25,138 nt of DNA from an uncultured Lachnospiraceae bacterium. Lineage in GTDB: Bacteria; Bacillota; Clostridia; Lachnospirales; Lachnospiraceae. Shown here in pieces: positions 24,283 through 25,138 of this stretch. The stretch lies in the NCBI GenBank assembly GCA_905236365.1, contig CAJOPP010000408.1, positions 1-25,138 on the forward strand, in the 5' to 3' direction. The translations under genes and the position numbers were made by a program. The notes under the pieces are model-generated. The model saw only the letters and a list, made by a program, of their open reading frames with translations, searched no databases and had not been told where the DNA came from. Each line of letters begins with the position of its first letter. Position 1 is the stretch's first letter.

Positions 24283-24314
24283 AAAGGACTCATGAGGAAA
24301 CCCATAAATCCTTT
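24283..24314 (-). terminator. Probable intrinsic terminator after codY
   Basis: Minus RNA AAAGGAUUUAUGGG-UUUC-CUCAUGAGUCCUUU forms a 14-bp stem with 3 G-U pairs, 20 nt after the codY stop. The U-tract is short (UUU). Confidence 0.6.
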
Positions 24315-24334
24315 TTGATATTCTGCAGATCAAT

Positions 24335-25108
24335 TCACAATTTATGTAATTTTTCCAATTCATCAAACACTACATCATTCAATACTTTTATATATGTTCC
24401 TTTCATACCGGATGATTTTGTTTCTATCACACCGGCACTTTCAAACTTACGAAGAGCGTTGACAATCACAGATCTGGTAATTCCTACCCGATCAGCAATC
24501 TTAGAGGCTACTAATATACCCTCCATGCCCGACAGTTCTTCAAAAACATGATAAATCGCTTCAGCTTCCGATATCGACAAAGTGGCAATTGCTGAATGCA
24601 CGATAGCCAGCTTACGATCCTCTTCGGCAGATTCTTCATTGACACTCCGCATCATTTCCAAACCAACAACGGTTGTGCCATATTCACTTAAAATAATATC
24701 ATCAATCGTATAAGGATCACCTTCTTTGTACATAAAAACAGTTCCTAACCGTTCACCCGCAATATCAATCGGTGATATAATCGCCTGATATCTTTCCTGA
24801 CCATCAAATTCAAAACCGAGTGTTGCCAGATTAACATTTTCCTTTGTCGATAATACTCCAAGCAATCTTTCATTCAACATAGCATCAACAAACCCGCCCA
24901 CATCCGATGTAATAAGTTCAGTAATCTCACTGATACCTGCACAATTCTTGATACCAAGTAACTTTCCTTTCTTGCTGATTACAAGAACATCTGATTCCAG
25001 AATTTCGCTAAGCACTTTGCAAATATCATTAAAAACAACCTTGTGCGAACTGTTATTGTGCAAAAGCTGATTAATTTTTCTTGTTTTATCTAATAACTGT
25101 ACGCTCAT
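24335..25108 (-). CDS. codY: GTP/branched-chain amino acid-sensing global regulator CodY
   Basis: LLDKTRKIN N-terminus, GERLGT, ILSEYGTTVVGLEM, and winged HTH ASKIADRVGITRSVIVNALRKFESAGVIE...GMKGTYIKVLN; SD GGGAGG upstream. Confidence 0.98.
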   Translation of the reverse strand: MSVQLLDKTRKINQLLHNNSSHKVVFNDICKVLSEILESDVLVISKKGKLLGIKNCAGISEITELITSDVGGFVDAMLNERLLGVLSTKENVNLATLGFEFDGQERYQAIISPIDIAGERLGTVFMYKEGDPYTIDDIILSEYGTTVVGLEMMRSVNEESAEEDRKLAIVHSAIATLSISEAEAIYHVFEELSGMEGILVASKIADRVGITRSVIVNALRKFESAGVIETKSSGMKGTYIKVLNDVVFDELEKLHKL

Positions 25109-25138
25109 AAGTTTCCTCCCAAATATAGTACTAGTTTA

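Noticed and set aside
24125-24334. CodY boxes (AATTTTCWGAAAATT) upstream of flgB
   Set aside because: The best alignments I found by eye reach only 10/15, which is not distinguishable from AT-rich background.
24125-24334. c-di-GMP-I riboswitch or recombinase-invertible switch upstream of flgB
   Set aside because: There is no GEMM-type two-hairpin motif on the sense strand and no long flanking inverted repeats. The one strong hairpin is better explained as the codY terminator.
127-24551. All plus-strand ORFs in the track (e.g. 5389-5763, 12222-12611, 16668-17294, 18373-18831, 21380-21811)
   Set aside because: They lie antisense to clearly recognisable flagellar genes, show no family motifs, and have the biased composition expected of shadow frames.
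1-25138. CRISPR arrays, IS elements, prophage genes, tRNA/rRNA, pseudogenes
   Set aside because: There are no regularly spaced repeats with unique spacers, no transposase or integrase ORFs, no RNA-gene signatures, and the largest intergenic gap is only about 210 bp.

Overview
The window is one intact, co-directional (minus-strand) flagellar basal-body/hook/motor/export cluster from a low-GC Clostridia-type Firmicute (Lachnospiraceae-like by gene order and protein style; this is inference). In transcription order: codY, flgB, flgC, fliE, fliF, fliG, fliH, fliI, fliJ, ylxF/MotE-like gene, fliK, flgD, small flagellar-operon protein (TIGR02530-like), flgE, flbD/swrD, motA, motB, fliL, fliM, fliY, cheY, fliO, fliP, fliQ, fliR, flhB, flhA, flhF and a truncated flhG. 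I see no frameshifts, mobile elements, CRISPR arrays, rRNA or tRNA genes. This is mostly well-known machinery, and I cannot demonstrate a new system from sequence alone. The best leads are: (1) a 77-nt flgE leader whose 5' end can pair over the flgE Shine-Dalgarno (SD) 3 nt after the upstream stop codon; (2) a Prp-protease-type LDLQMF/A motif at the FlhB N-terminus; (3) Na+-type (PomAB/MotPS-like) signatures in the stator; (4) a 56-nt hairpin after flgE followed by two internal promoter/operator-like regions ahead of flbD and motA; (5) a 15-bp x6 Met/Gly/Gln/Pro repeat in the FliY linker. Several start codons were moved from the ORF-track positions using SD placement. All RNA pairings and promoter calls were made by eye.
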